A program made the position numbers and the translations under genes. A stretch of 64,000 nucleotides of DNA from Vulcanimicrobiota bacterium (GTDB taxonomy: Bacteria > Vulcanimicrobiota > Vulcanimicrobiia > Vulcanimicrobiales > Vulcanimicrobiaceae), in assembly GCA_963714015.1 (NCBI GenBank), contig OY970223.1, forward strand, positions 512,001-576,000, read 5' to 3'. This document shows positions 18,867 to 29,749 of this stretch, one piece after another (position 1 is the first letter of the stretch; each line of letters starts with the position of its first letter). The notes beneath the pieces are model-generated. The model saw only the letters and a program-made list of their open reading frames with translations. It was not told the DNA's origin and searched no databases.

Positions 18867-21324
18867 CGCGCTTCACGGCACCGTTCGGACGGCGGCGCCC
18901 CTGCCCCGAACCGGGCCGGAGCGGCACCACGTTGCCGACGCGGCGATTGTCCTCTCCCAAGTCGACAGGCGTAATGATGCGCTTCCCGAGCGCATGATAC
19001 AGCACCTCGGAGAGTTCTTCCACGGGAACGAACGTCATCGTGTCCCGAACTTCCTTGGGAATGTCGTCGAGATCGATTTCGTTACGCTTGGGAAGAATGA
19101 TCTTCTTGATGCCTGCGCGTTTGGCGCCGAGCACCTTTTCTTTGAGCCCACCGATGGGCAGAACTTGACCGGTGAGCGTGATCTCACCCGTCATTGCAAC
19201 GTCCGGATCGACTTTGTTTCCCGTGAGCAGCGAGGTAATGGCTGTAGCCAGCGCGATGCCCGCCGACGGACCGTCTTTGGGCGTGGCGCCCGCCGGAACG
19301 TGAATGTGCAGATCGTGCTTGGCGAAATAGTCTTCGGGTAAACCGAGCTCGGCAGTACGCGATCTCAGGAAAGAAACGGCGGCCTGCGCGCTCTCCTTCA
19401 TGACGTCGCCGAGCTGTCCGGTGAGAACCAGATTGCCGCTGCCCGGCATCACCGTCGTCTCGATGAACAAAATATCGCCGCCGACGGGCGTGTAGAACAT
19501 TCCGGTGGAGACGCCGACCGAGGCAACGCGCTTCTTTACCTCGCTGTAGAACCGCGCCTTGCTGAGAAACTCATGGAGATTCTCGGCCTTGATGCGGCCT
19601 TTGTAACGCGACTCTTCGGCGATGCGGCGGGCGACCTTGCGGAACACCGTGCCGATCTCGCGCTCCAGGTTGCGCACTCCCGCTTCACGAGTATAGTCCG
19701 TGATGATGAGGCGCAGGGCGGCATCGTTCATTTGGACTTGCGACTCTTTGAGCCCGTTGACCTTACGCTGCTTGGGGATCAAATAGCGCTTGGCAATCTG
19801 AACCTTTTCGAGTTCGGTGTAGCCTGAGAGCGTGATGATCTCCATGCGATCGCGCAGTGGTCCGCTGACCGTGTCCAGCGTGTTGGCGGTGCAAACGAAG
19901 AGCACTTGGGAAAGATCGAACGGCAGATCCAGATAGTGATCCCGAAAGGTACTGTTCTGCTCCGGATCGAGAACTTCGAGCAGCGCGGATTGCGGATCGC
20001 CGCGAAAATCGGCGCCGACCTTGTCGATCTCGTCGATCATCATGACCGGATTGCGCGTCCCTGCGTCCCTAATCGCGCGCAGAATCGTTCCGGGCATCGA
20101 TCCGATATACGTTCGGCGATGACCTCGAATCTCGGCCTCGTCGCGCACGCCGCCGACGGAGAGACGCACGAATTTGCGGCCCATCGCGCGAGCAATCGAC
20201 TGTCCGAGCGACGTCTTTCCGACGCCCGGCGGCCCCACGAAGCACAGAATCGGGCCCGTCAGCCGGTTCTTCAGTTTGCCGACGGCCAAATACTCGACGA
20301 TGCGGTCCTTGATCTTTTCGAGATCGTAGTGATCCTCGTCCAGAATCTCGCGCGCGTGTTTGATATCGATGTGGTCCGTGGTCTCCTTTGACCACGGCAG
20401 CTGCACCAGCCAGTCCAAGTACGTGCGGATGACGCTGTATTCCGGGCTTGCCTGGGGAACTTTGGAGAGGCGATCCAGCTCGCGGTCCGCTGATTTGCGA
20501 ACCTCCTCCGGCATCTGCGCTTCTTCGATTTTGCCGCGCAGCTCGTTTGTCTCGGCGAGTTGCGGATCGACCTCGCCGAGCTCTTCCTGAATGGCGCGCA
20601 ATTGCTGGCGCAGGTAGAACTCGCGCTGGTTTTTTTCCATCTCGCGCTGGATGTCGGACTGAATCTTATGTCCGAGTTCGACGACTTCGAGCTCTTTGGT
20701 AAGCATCATCGTCAGCTTGCGCATGCGCTTCATCGTGTTGCGCTCTTCGAGCAGTGCTTGACGTTCCGCAGTTTCCAAGCGCATCGTCGACGCAACGAAA
20801 TACGTCAGGAGGTTGGGATCCGTGATATTTTGGACCTCCATCTCCATCTCGCGCGGCGCCTGCGGAAGATATCCGAGCAGCTTCTGGAAGAGACCGGCCA
20901 GATTTCGCTGCATGGCGACGAGCTCTTCGGACGAAACGGTAACGTCGGGCAGTTCGGTGTAGGCCGCGACCATGTAGGGTTCGGTCTGCACGAATTGCTC
21001 GATCTTGAATACCGACTGACCTGCGACGATGCAGCGCAGCGTGCCGTCGGGTACCTTGAGCATCTTCTGCACCGTTCCGATGGTGCCGATGCGATGCACG
21101 TCGTTCGGGCCGGGATTTTCGGTCTCGCGGTTCTTGAGCACCGTAAGCGCTATCGGCTTGCCGTCACGGAGCGCTTCCTCGACGAGCTGAATTCCGGGCT
21201 TTTTCACGACCGCAAGCGGTATAACGGTGTTGGGAAACAGCACTGCCTCTTGCAGCGGCAAAACGCCGACCGTATTGGCCGCAGCCGGCTGCGAATCATT
21301 AACGTTTTCTTTTTGTGCGGCCAT
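18838..21324 (-). CDS. lon: ATP-dependent protease La
   Basis: GPPGVGKT, DEIDK, PKDGPSAG; N-terminal LON domain. Confidence 0.98.
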   Translation of the reverse strand: MAAQKENVNDSQPAAANTVGVLPLQEAVLFPNTVIPLAVVKKPGIQLVEEALRDGKPIALTVLKNRETENPGPNDVHRIGTIGTVQKMLKVPDGTLRCIVAGQSVFKIEQFVQTEPYMVAAYTELPDVTVSSEELVAMQRNLAGLFQKLLGYLPQAPREMEMEVQNITDPNLLTYFVASTMRLETAERQALLEERNTMKRMRKLTMMLTKELEVVELGHKIQSDIQREMEKNQREFYLRQQLRAIQEELGEVDPQLAETNELRGKIEEAQMPEEVRKSADRELDRLSKVPQASPEYSVIRTYLDWLVQLPWSKETTDHIDIKHAREILDEDHYDLEKIKDRIVEYLAVGKLKNRLTGPILCFVGPPGVGKTSLGQSIARAMGRKFVRLSVGGVRDEAEIRGHRRTYIGSMPGTILRAIRDAGTRNPVMMIDEIDKVGADFRGDPQSALLEVLDPEQNSTFRDHYLDLPFDLSQVLFVCTANTLDTVSGPLRDRMEIITLSGYTELEKVQIAKRYLIPKQRKVNGLKESQVQMNDAALRLIITDYTREAGVRNLEREIGTVFRKVARRIAEESRYKGRIKAENLHEFLSKARFYSEVKKRVASVGVSTGMFYTPVGGDILFIETTVMPGSGNLVLTGQLGDVMKESAQAAVSFLRSRTAELGLPEDYFAKHDLHIHVPAGATPKDGPSAGIALATAITSLLTGNKVDPDVAMTGEITLTGQVLPIGGLKEKVLGAKRAGIKKIILPKRNEIDLDDIPKEVRDTMTFVPVEELSEVLYHALGKRIITPVDLGEDNRRVGNVVPLRPGSGQGRRRPNGAVKRVKRSVSRRR

Positions 21325-21327
21325 GTT

Positions 21328-21759
21328 CTAAGCCAGAATCCTTTTGACGATCATTCGTATTTCGGTGCGCGTTGCAGGCAGAAATTCGGCCGGCGCAATC
21401 GGCAACGCAATGGTGAGCATGCCGTCGCCGTAGGTTGCGGTCACTTCTCCGTACTGCACCGCGACCGGCAGATGAAGTTTTTTGACGAAATCGCCGCCGG
21501 CTATCTCTTTTTGGAGATAGGACCCGCCGCGCAAGCGAGCGGCTTCCGAGCGCCTGCCGGAGATAAACATGTGCCGCTCGTCGACGAAAATGCGCAGACT
21601 CTCGCTCTCCGCTCCGGCGACCTCGACGCGCACGATGAGAGCGCGTCCCTCCTCGTCTATCACCACGTCGGCGTTGGGCTGCCAGCGGCCGGCATTGGGC
21701 CGCCGGACCAATTCCGCGAAGAGCCGCTCGAACTCGGCCCGCGGGTCGTCAACATCCAT
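21328..21759 (-). CDS. Hsp20/alpha-crystallin small heat-shock protein
   Basis: WQPNADV, EIAGGDFVKKLHLP, ATYGDGMLTIALP; directly upstream of lon. Confidence 0.9.
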   Translation of the reverse strand: MDVDDPRAEFERLFAELVRRPNAGRWQPNADVVIDEEGRALIVRVEVAGAESESLRIFVDERHMFISGRRSEAARLRGGSYLQKEIAGGDFVKKLHLPVAVQYGEVTATYGDGMLTIALPIAPAEFLPATRTEIRMIVKRILA

Positions 21760-21780
21760 CTTTGCAATAAACCTTCATCG

Positions 21781-21807
21781 TTAGCAATGAGATGCGGCGA
21801 GTGCTAA
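21781..21807 (-). promoter_or_regulatory. CIRCE element (HrcA operator) upstream of hsp20-lon
   Basis: Minus strand TTAGCACTC-N9-CATTGCTAA. Confidence 0.8.
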
Positions 21808-21891
21808 CCCCTTTCCAATGGCTTCCTTGAACGGAATACCGAGGCAAGCATCTGCAGGACCACCGCGGCGCCGCAGTCCAAGTCGGCCTTC

Positions 21892-22695
21892 ATGAGCGGC
21901 GCGGCTTCCAACGGTGTCGACTTCTCCCGCGCGATTCGCACGTATGGCGACGCGCGGAATCCGCCCATTTTGTTCCTGCACGGCATTCGCTTGGGCGCGG
22001 CGATTTGGGAGCCCCATGCGAACGAGCTCAGCGACGAATTTTTCGTCGTCACCCCCGATCTTCCCGGACACGGCCGCTTGGCCGGCCTCCCTTTCGAACC
22101 ATCGTTGAACGACGCGTTTTTGGCATACATCGCTGAAAACGTTACGACGCGCGCGCCGCTGGTGGTCGGATATTCGCTCGGCGGCTACGTCGCAATGCGC
22201 TATGCGGTCGATTTGCCTGACCGCACGGCGGGACTGCTGATTAGCGGGTGCTCGACCGACGTCGTTGAGGGGAAAGCGCTGCTCTACGAGCTCGCGGTCG
22301 CGTTCGCGAGCCAATTTTCGGCGCGGCGTCTGCAGAATTTCTTGGCGCTCTGCTTTCAACTTACGTTGCCAAACCGCGTAACGGACGTCGTCATTCCGCT
22401 TCCGTTCAACCAGCGGGTCTTCGAAACCAGCCGTTCGACGATTGTGAACGTGCGTTACAGCGAACTGCTTGCGTATTACCCCAAGCCCGTGATGATCGTC
22501 AATGGCGAATATGACGCACTGTTCCGCCCGGATGAAAACAAATATGCTCAAGCCGCCAACGCCGAATTGATCGTCGTGGAGGGATCGGATCACGCTGTGC
22601 CGCTGCGCCGCCCCAAGGAGTTTTCCACTTACGTGCGGCGGTTCGCGCGGAGCGTCTTTAGCCCCGAAGCCTCCCCCGAAGGATGTGCTCGCTAA
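21892..22695 (+). CDS. Alpha/beta hydrolase
   Basis: FLHG, DLPGHG, GYSLG nucleophile elbow, GEYD, GSDH. Confidence 0.9.
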   Translation: MSGAASNGVDFSRAIRTYGDARNPPILFLHGIRLGAAIWEPHANELSDEFFVVTPDLPGHGRLAGLPFEPSLNDAFLAYIAENVTTRAPLVVGYSLGGYVAMRYAVDLPDRTAGLLISGCSTDVVEGKALLYELAVAFASQFSARRLQNFLALCFQLTLPNRVTDVVIPLPFNQRVFETSRSTIVNVRYSELLAYYPKPVMIVNGEYDALFRPDENKYAQAANAELIVVEGSDHAVPLRRPKEFSTYVRRFARSVFSPEASPEGCAR

Positions 22696-22701
22696 GGACC
22701 C

Positions 22702-23415
22702 TTGGCCCAAAAGAGGCCGGTTGAAGGGCCCGCGCAAGGGCATAGGCTCATTTGGTACGCTTCTAACGTGAAGAGTGAAGCGCTGGAGCGTTATGCAGAC
22801 CTGGTAGCCCCGCGCACGGTCGCAATTTACCGCGTAGGGCCGGCATCCGCGGACGCGCTCCGCGCACTTATCATCACGAGCCGCATCGGCATCGACAATC
22901 CGTACTATTACTCGGTGCGAGAGCGCTTGCCCCAGCGGTTTGCCCAGCAATTCGCGGAGGAACCGTTCGTCGTGCCGGGCTGGTCGGTCCGTGCCCTCCA
23001 GCATTGGACGCGGCCGCCGCTCGAGCTCATGCGCGGACATGACGTGGCGCGCTCGCTTCCGGCGCTGGAGAACGAAAACGAGTCGTTGTGCCGCGCCCTG
23101 GAAACGTACTGCGCAGGCGGTGAACCGGAAAAACGGCTCTCAGGTTTTGGCTCGTTCGACGTTGCGCAAGCGCGCCGTCTGCTGTACGGAGAAGCGACGC
23201 ACGAGGCACTCGATCGTGAATACGCCTTCGAACGCACGCGACTCATCGAAGGATATTTCCACGACCTCGCGTCGATGGGATTCGGCTACGGCGCGCTTTT
23301 CCAGGCTCGAGCGTATCCGCACGCAGTACGCGCGGCAGACTCGGCCACGTTCCTGCACAATGTTGTACGCAACTTCTATCACGTACGCCGCCGAATTGAG
23401 GAATACGTAGCCTAA
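22702..23415 (+). CDS. Hypothetical protein (start uncertain, possibly GTG 22768)
   Basis: Long ORF co-oriented with its neighbours; no motif recognised. Confidence 0.65.
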   Translation: MAQKRPVEGPAQGHRLIWYASNVKSEALERYADLVAPRTVAIYRVGPASADALRALIITSRIGIDNPYYYSVRERLPQRFAQQFAEEPFVVPGWSVRALQHWTRPPLELMRGHDVARSLPALENENESLCRALETYCAGGEPEKRLSGFGSFDVAQARRLLYGEATHEALDREYAFERTRLIEGYFHDLASMGFGYGALFQARAYPHAVRAADSATFLHNVVRNFYHVRRRIEEYVA

Positions 23416-23449
23416 AAGCAAACGGCCGATCCTGCGCGAAAGGGCCGCC

Positions 23450-24796
23450 ATGGCTAAACTCGTGCGGCGCTTGGGCGTCTTCGATGCCGCTCTCATCGTC
23501 ATGGGCGGCATCATCGGCTCAGGGATTTTTCGCAACCCCTCGGTCGTAGCAAAGATCGTACATAGCCCGGCGCTCGTGCTGTTGGCGTGGACTTTCGGCG
23601 GTATCATCGCGCTCTTGGGCGGCTTTGTTTTTGCGGAGCTTGCAGAACGCCGTTCCGCGGATGGCGGCCTGTACGCGTACATGCGCGACGCCTATCATCC
23701 CGTCGTCGCGTTTATGTACGGTTGGACGCTGCTGCTTGTCTCGCAAAGCGGCGGTATGGCCGCGTCGGCCGTAACCTTCGCGGGCTACTTCGGGCCGCTG
23801 ACGGGCCTGCACATCGACGAGCGGCTTCTAGGTGTCGGTACGCTGGCGCTGCTCACGATCGTGAACTGTTTCGGCGTGCGCGCCGGCAGCAACGTGCAGA
23901 ACTTTTTCATGGTAGTCAAGATTGCCGCAATTGCCGCGCTTATCGGCGTGGGGGTATTCGCGCATCCGACTGCCGGGGCCGCGGCGGCGGGCGCCGGATT
24001 CAACAGCTCGCTCGATCTGATCACCGCGATGGGCTTGGCAATGATCCCGGTGCTCTTTGCGTACAGCGGATGGCAGACGTCGAGCTTCATGACCGGTGAA
24101 CTGAAAAACCCGAAGCGCACGCTTCCGTTAGGAATGATTGTCGGCGTGGTAGGCGTCGTCGTGCTGTACATGCTCGTCAACATCGTCTGCCTTCACGTGC
24201 TCGGCGTGCGCGGGCTGATGAATACGGACACGCCCGCAAGCGACGTCGTTCGAGCATTCATGGGCCCGCGCGGCGCGCAGTTGATTGCGGCGGCCGTTTG
24301 CCTCTCCACGTTCGGTTTCATCAGCAACCAGATCCTGACGTCGCCCCGCGTGTATCACGCGATGGCCGAGGACGGAATCTTCTTCAAACCCGTCGCGTGG
24401 GTGCATCCGCGCTCGCGCGTACCGGTAGTGGCAATCGCGCTTCAAGGCGCAGTTGCAATCGCCATCGCGCTGCTCGGCAATTACGATCAAATTTTGAACT
24501 ACGTGACGTCGGTCGACTACACGTTCTTTACGCTTTCTGCGCTCGCGCTGTTCATCTTCCGGGCGCGGGATAAACGCGCCCCGCTCGCCGTACAACCCGC
24601 ATTCCGCGTGCCGGGACATCCGGTTTCGACCGCGATATTCATGGTTGTCGCCGTCGCAGTCGTCATCGATACGTACGTCAAGCAGCCCCTCAACAGTTTT
24701 ATCGGTCTGGCGATCCTGCTTGTGGGAATACCGGTCTACTTCGTATTCCTGCGCTCTGGGCTGACGGCAGCTACCCCCGGGGACGGTTTATCGTGA
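23450..24796 (+). CDS. APC family amino acid permease
   Basis: GGIIGSGIF, FAELA, FAYSGW, GELKNPKRTLP; about 12 TM segments. Confidence 0.93.
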   Translation: MAKLVRRLGVFDAALIVMGGIIGSGIFRNPSVVAKIVHSPALVLLAWTFGGIIALLGGFVFAELAERRSADGGLYAYMRDAYHPVVAFMYGWTLLLVSQSGGMAASAVTFAGYFGPLTGLHIDERLLGVGTLALLTIVNCFGVRAGSNVQNFFMVVKIAAIAALIGVGVFAHPTAGAAAAGAGFNSSLDLITAMGLAMIPVLFAYSGWQTSSFMTGELKNPKRTLPLGMIVGVVGVVVLYMLVNIVCLHVLGVRGLMNTDTPASDVVRAFMGPRGAQLIAAAVCLSTFGFISNQILTSPRVYHAMAEDGIFFKPVAWVHPRSRVPVVAIALQGAVAIAIALLGNYDQILNYVTSVDYTFFTLSALALFIFRARDKRAPLAVQPAFRVPGHPVSTAIFMVVAVAVVIDTYVKQPLNSFIGLAILLVGIPVYFVFLRSGLTAATPGDGLS

Positions 24797-24838
24797 GAAG
24801 CCGGATGCGGCCTTGACGATCTCGCGCGGGAAGCCGGC

Positions 24839-25261
24839 TTACTGGTAGAAGATCGTAATCTGCTGTCCCGAGACGTAGATCGCGACAACCTGACTGATCG
24901 TCACGTTTTTCGCGAGCAGAAGCTTCGAGAGCGGCATTATCACGTCGTCGCTACCGGTTAGCGTCGTATGCGTGAGTGTGTCGCGCATGTCCGAAATGTC
25001 CGAAGCGTTCTTTTTCATTGCCGCCTTGAACGCGGCTTCGTCTCCCGGCGAGAGTACGCTTTGAACGTCAACGATTTCGAATTGACTTTGGCTCAGATCG
25101 GCCATCATCGAGCGCAGTTTATCGGTCTGCGCCGCGACGTTCTTGACCGCCGTGACGAGCTCGCCCGAGCCGGCAGCGTAGGCCGGCAATACGAGCGCTC
25201 CGGTGAGAGACGCAGCAAAAAGGACCGACGATAGAGCCGCCGACAAACGGAGTTTGACCAT
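24839..25261 (-). CDS. Exported hypothetical protein
   Basis: Signal peptide; GGAGG SD. Confidence 0.75.
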   Translation of the reverse strand: MVKLRLSAALSSVLFAASLTGALVLPAYAAGSGELVTAVKNVAAQTDKLRSMMADLSQSQFEIVDVQSVLSPGDEAAFKAAMKKNASDISDMRDTLTHTTLTGSDDVIMPLSKLLLAKNVTISQVVAIYVSGQQITIFYQ

Positions 25262-25356
25262 GACATCCGCCTCCTTGTGCTTATAGTATAGCGCAAATCG
25301 GCAGCCTGGTGGGAGCGAGGCCTCGCGAGCGCCGCACCCGCACGGCGCTCCGGTAT

Positions 25357-25881
25357 CTAAGGCGTTAGGTCACCGCAAGAGACGTAGGTCTTCAGATCGT
25401 TGAGGCTCTTGTGAACGTTGATTGCATAGTGGCCTTTTTTGAGTTCGGCCACCGAGACACCCGAGATGTTCGTCATGGAGGAACCGTTCACGACGTTGTT
25501 CAGGCTCTTCCATGGAGCCGGATCGATGTTCTTGCACGTTCCCTTGTGAATGTGCGCGGGCTCGGAGGCGCCTTTGGGCTCGTTGTAGACGTGAATGGAG
25601 ACCTGCAGGCCGCCGTTCTTGTCACCGGCGCTGGCCGCCCCGTCCTGCTTAGAACCGTTGAGCGCACCCATATTGATGTTCAGCAGATGTCCGGATATGG
25701 CGTTGTGCGCGTTGTGCAGCGGATTGAACTGCTTTACCCGAGTGCCGCTGCTCATCGTATTTCCCGTATTGGTCGTGTTGCCGTTGTTGCCGTTGTTGCC
25801 CTTATTGCCGCCACCGCAGGCGCAAAGTAAAAGCGCCGCAACCAGTGACGCGGCAGCAAGGCGAAGCGTAGTTGGATTCAT
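25357..25881 (-). CDS. Lipoprotein with CHRD/Cu-Zn SOD-like His-Cys domain
   Basis: Lipobox LCAC, Asn/Gly linker, EPAHIHKGTC...YAINVH...YVSCGDL. Confidence 0.7.
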   Translation of the reverse strand: MNPTTLRLAAASLVAALLLCACGGGNKGNNGNNGNTTNTGNTMSSGTRVKQFNPLHNAHNAISGHLLNINMGALNGSKQDGAASAGDKNGGLQVSIHVYNEPKGASEPAHIHKGTCKNIDPAPWKSLNNVVNGSSMTNISGVSVAELKKGHYAINVHKSLNDLKTYVSCGDLTP

Positions 25882-26017
25882 GCTTGCTCACTCTCCGAAA
25901 AGGACAGGTTTTCATTGCTTATTACCTATTCGATGCGAGCGTTAACGACGAGCGGGCAGCAGCCTTTATTTCGGCTGCCTAGCGCTCGCCTGATGCCGGC
26001 AAATTTAGACGGATTAT

Positions 26018-26055
26018 AAAACAAAAGGGCCCTGCGGTCGCCCGCCGGGCCCTTT
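26018..26055 (-). terminator. Intrinsic terminator of groEL
   Basis: AAAGGGCCC...GGGCCCTTT inverted repeat, followed on the minus strand by TGTTTT. Confidence 0.7.
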
Positions 26056-26081
26056 CTCAAACGTAACCGCGCGAGCGCGAA

Positions 26082-27755
<1,674 letters not shown>

Positions 27756-28061
27756 TTAAACGCCGGCCGGAACTTTGTCGACGATGGCGAGGACGTCTTT
27801 TTCAGAAATGATGAGGTACTCGGTGCCGTCAATCTTGACTTCGGAGCCGGAGTACTTGGAATAGATGATGCGATCGCCGACCTTGACATCCATCGAGATC
27901 TTGGTGCCGTTCTCGAGCGTGCGGCCGGTGCCGACCGCGCGAACGAGACCTTCTTGCGGCTTCTCTTTGGCAGTGTCCGGGAGAAACACGCCGCCGGCAC
28001 TCCTGTCTTGCTGTTCGACGTGTTCAACGACCACGCGATCGCCCAAGGGCTTGAGATTCAC
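27756..28061 (-). CDS. groS: Co-chaperonin GroES
   Basis: GTG start after [24 protein letters not shown]. Confidence 0.98.
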   Translation of the reverse strand: MNLKPLGDRVVVEHVEQQDRSAGGVFLPDTAKEKPQEGLVRAVGTGRTLENGTKISMDVKVGDRIIYSKYSGSEVKIDGTEYLIISEKDVLAIVDKVPAGV

Positions 28062-28117
28062 GAAAACCTCCAAAAAATAGGTGTAAGCGCCCGAGTGGAC
28101 TCGGGCCAATCTAGCCG

Positions 28118-28144
28118 TTGGCACTCTCAGCAGAAGAGTGCCAG
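28118..28144 (-). promoter_or_regulatory. CIRCE element upstream of groES
   Basis: TTGGCACTC-N9-GAGTGCCAG. Confidence 0.88.
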
Positions 28145-28151
28145 CCATGGA

Positions 28152-28180
28152 ATATTAGCAGAGTAGTGTTAAGACTGCAA
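28152..28180 (-). promoter_or_regulatory. Sigma70 promoter of groESL
   Basis: Minus strand TTGCAG-N17-TAATAT with TG extension, just upstream of the CIRCE. Confidence 0.7.
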
Positions 28181-28243
28181 GCACCTTTTGCGGGCCCTGA
28201 ACGGACTCGCGGCCGGGCGCTTGGCTGCCTAGGGGCCGCTCAC

Positions 28244-28702
28244 CTATTGCGTCGTAAAAGACCCGATCTGCTGGCTTTCAACGCAGTCGGAGTTCAAGTT
28301 GTTTAGATAGACCGCGATGGAAGAACCGGCGACGTCGAGCGCAGAGAAAGTGCTCGTTTGATAAACCGGGTTGGCGAACGTGGGCGTCTGATTCGGGGTC
28401 GGTAGCGGAGCCGGCGCCGTTTGGAAAGCGCCGCCCTGCAAGCCTTGACCGGTCGCCGGCGCGATGAGCGTCACGCCCCAGCCGGACGGAATCGCGGATG
28501 TCGATCCAACGATGACTTGGGTCAGCGAGTCCGGTACTCCCGTCGCGCCGGGAGCGGGATAAACCATTACTGTCTGCGAGACGCCCGGCGGTGTACCGCA
28601 CGGACCGGGCGCCGAAACGCCGCTGTTGTTGTTGCAGGCAACGAGCGCAATCCCGCAGATTGCGAGCGTGCCCCAAGGCAGAAATCTGTTCATAGCGCGC
28701 AT
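28244..28702 (-). CDS. Hypothetical lipoprotein
   Basis: Lipobox LVAC; VYPAPGATGVP Ig-like start. Confidence 0.72.
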   Translation of the reverse strand: MRAMNRFLPWGTLAICGIALVACNNNSGVSAPGPCGTPPGVSQTVMVYPAPGATGVPDSLTQVIVGSTSAIPSGWGVTLIAPATGQGLQGGAFQTAPAPLPTPNQTPTFANPVYQTSTFSALDVAGSSIAVYLNNLNSDCVESQQIGSFTTQ

Positions 28703-28736
28703 TATTTCAAATCCACCTTAGCAAAGGCCATGAAAC

Positions 28737-29687
28737 TCAAGGAATTCGGATATGAGCGCCGGGCTGGAACGGATCGAAGTGCATCATGGTGCGATGCAGC
28801 CACGAATGCCGTTTTGGTCCGGGTGAAGGCGAGGGCGTCGGCACGGAGACGTTTCCGGCGACCTCAGCGGCCTGAGGCGATGCACTCGGCAGCGGCGTTG
28901 CATCGCTGTACGAGTTCGGCATGTCCTGAGTATCCAGCGGAGAGGCATTTACGACGGGCGGCGCCATGGCATTAACCGTCAGCGTGGCCGCTCCCGGGGG
29001 CGGAGTTTTTGAACGGCGCTGCCGGATGCGTCGAGCCGGAGCCGGCGCCTGTTGGATCGTCGCGGCGGGCACACCGGCCGGCTGTTGCGGGGTCTCCAAC
29101 GGTACCTGAACCGGTTGCGGCGCTACCGCAACGTGCATGGGGCGGCGCCGCGCCGGCGGCGGCGAAACCGAAATCCGGCGGTGCTGCCGAGTCGATGGCG
29201 GCTGGGAGATCTGAGGTGCTGCAACAACTGCCGCGCGCGGCAAAGGCTGAGGCGCTTGCGCAGCCGCCCGCGCGCTGGAGATCGCATGCTCCGCGCCGGC
29301 TCCCAGGAGCAAGAGCGCTGCTGCTGCACCCGCGAGCACCGTTCTTCGATCCGCCAAGCCCCGGCGTTCTTCGCCGATCGCGACCATGCGGTGCGCCGGA
29401 CAATGGTCCAACACGGCGGATGCGAACGCCGGACCGAACAAGTTTACCGCCCGCAGATTGCTCTTGAGAAACTGAACGAACGCGCGTGTAAGGACGTCGT
29501 CGTTCTTGTCCTTTGCAAGCACTTGCGTTAGCTCTTCGCTATAGTAACTTCCGCCTTTGGCGATGCCCTCGTGCAAGAGCGCCCGGACGGTCGTTCCGTC
29601 GAGCGTGCAAACATAGCGCTCAATCGCCTGCGCGAGATCGAACGGATCGGTTTGGGCAAGCAGTTCGTCGAGACGGTGAACAGCCAC
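28737..29687 (-). CDS. Hypothetical single-pass membrane protein with Pro-rich C-terminal region
   Basis: Helical N-terminal domain, hydrophobic segment VLAGAAAALLLLG, long Pro/Ala/Gln tail. Confidence 0.65.
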   Translation of the reverse strand: MAVHRLDELLAQTDPFDLAQAIERYVCTLDGTTVRALLHEGIAKGGSYYSEELTQVLAKDKNDDVLTRAFVQFLKSNLRAVNLFGPAFASAVLDHCPAHRMVAIGEERRGLADRRTVLAGAAAALLLLGAGAEHAISSARAAAQAPQPLPRAAVVAAPQISQPPSTRQHRRISVSPPPARRRPMHVAVAPQPVQVPLETPQQPAGVPAATIQQAPAPARRIRQRRSKTPPPGAATLTVNAMAPPVVNASPLDTQDMPNSYSDATPLPSASPQAAEVAGNVSVPTPSPSPGPKRHSWLHRTMMHFDPFQPGAHIRIP

Positions 29688-29749
29688 GACTTATCTTTTA
29701 CCCGGCATACGCCAGGCCATGGCAGTACGGGCTCGAAGGCAGCGAGCAC

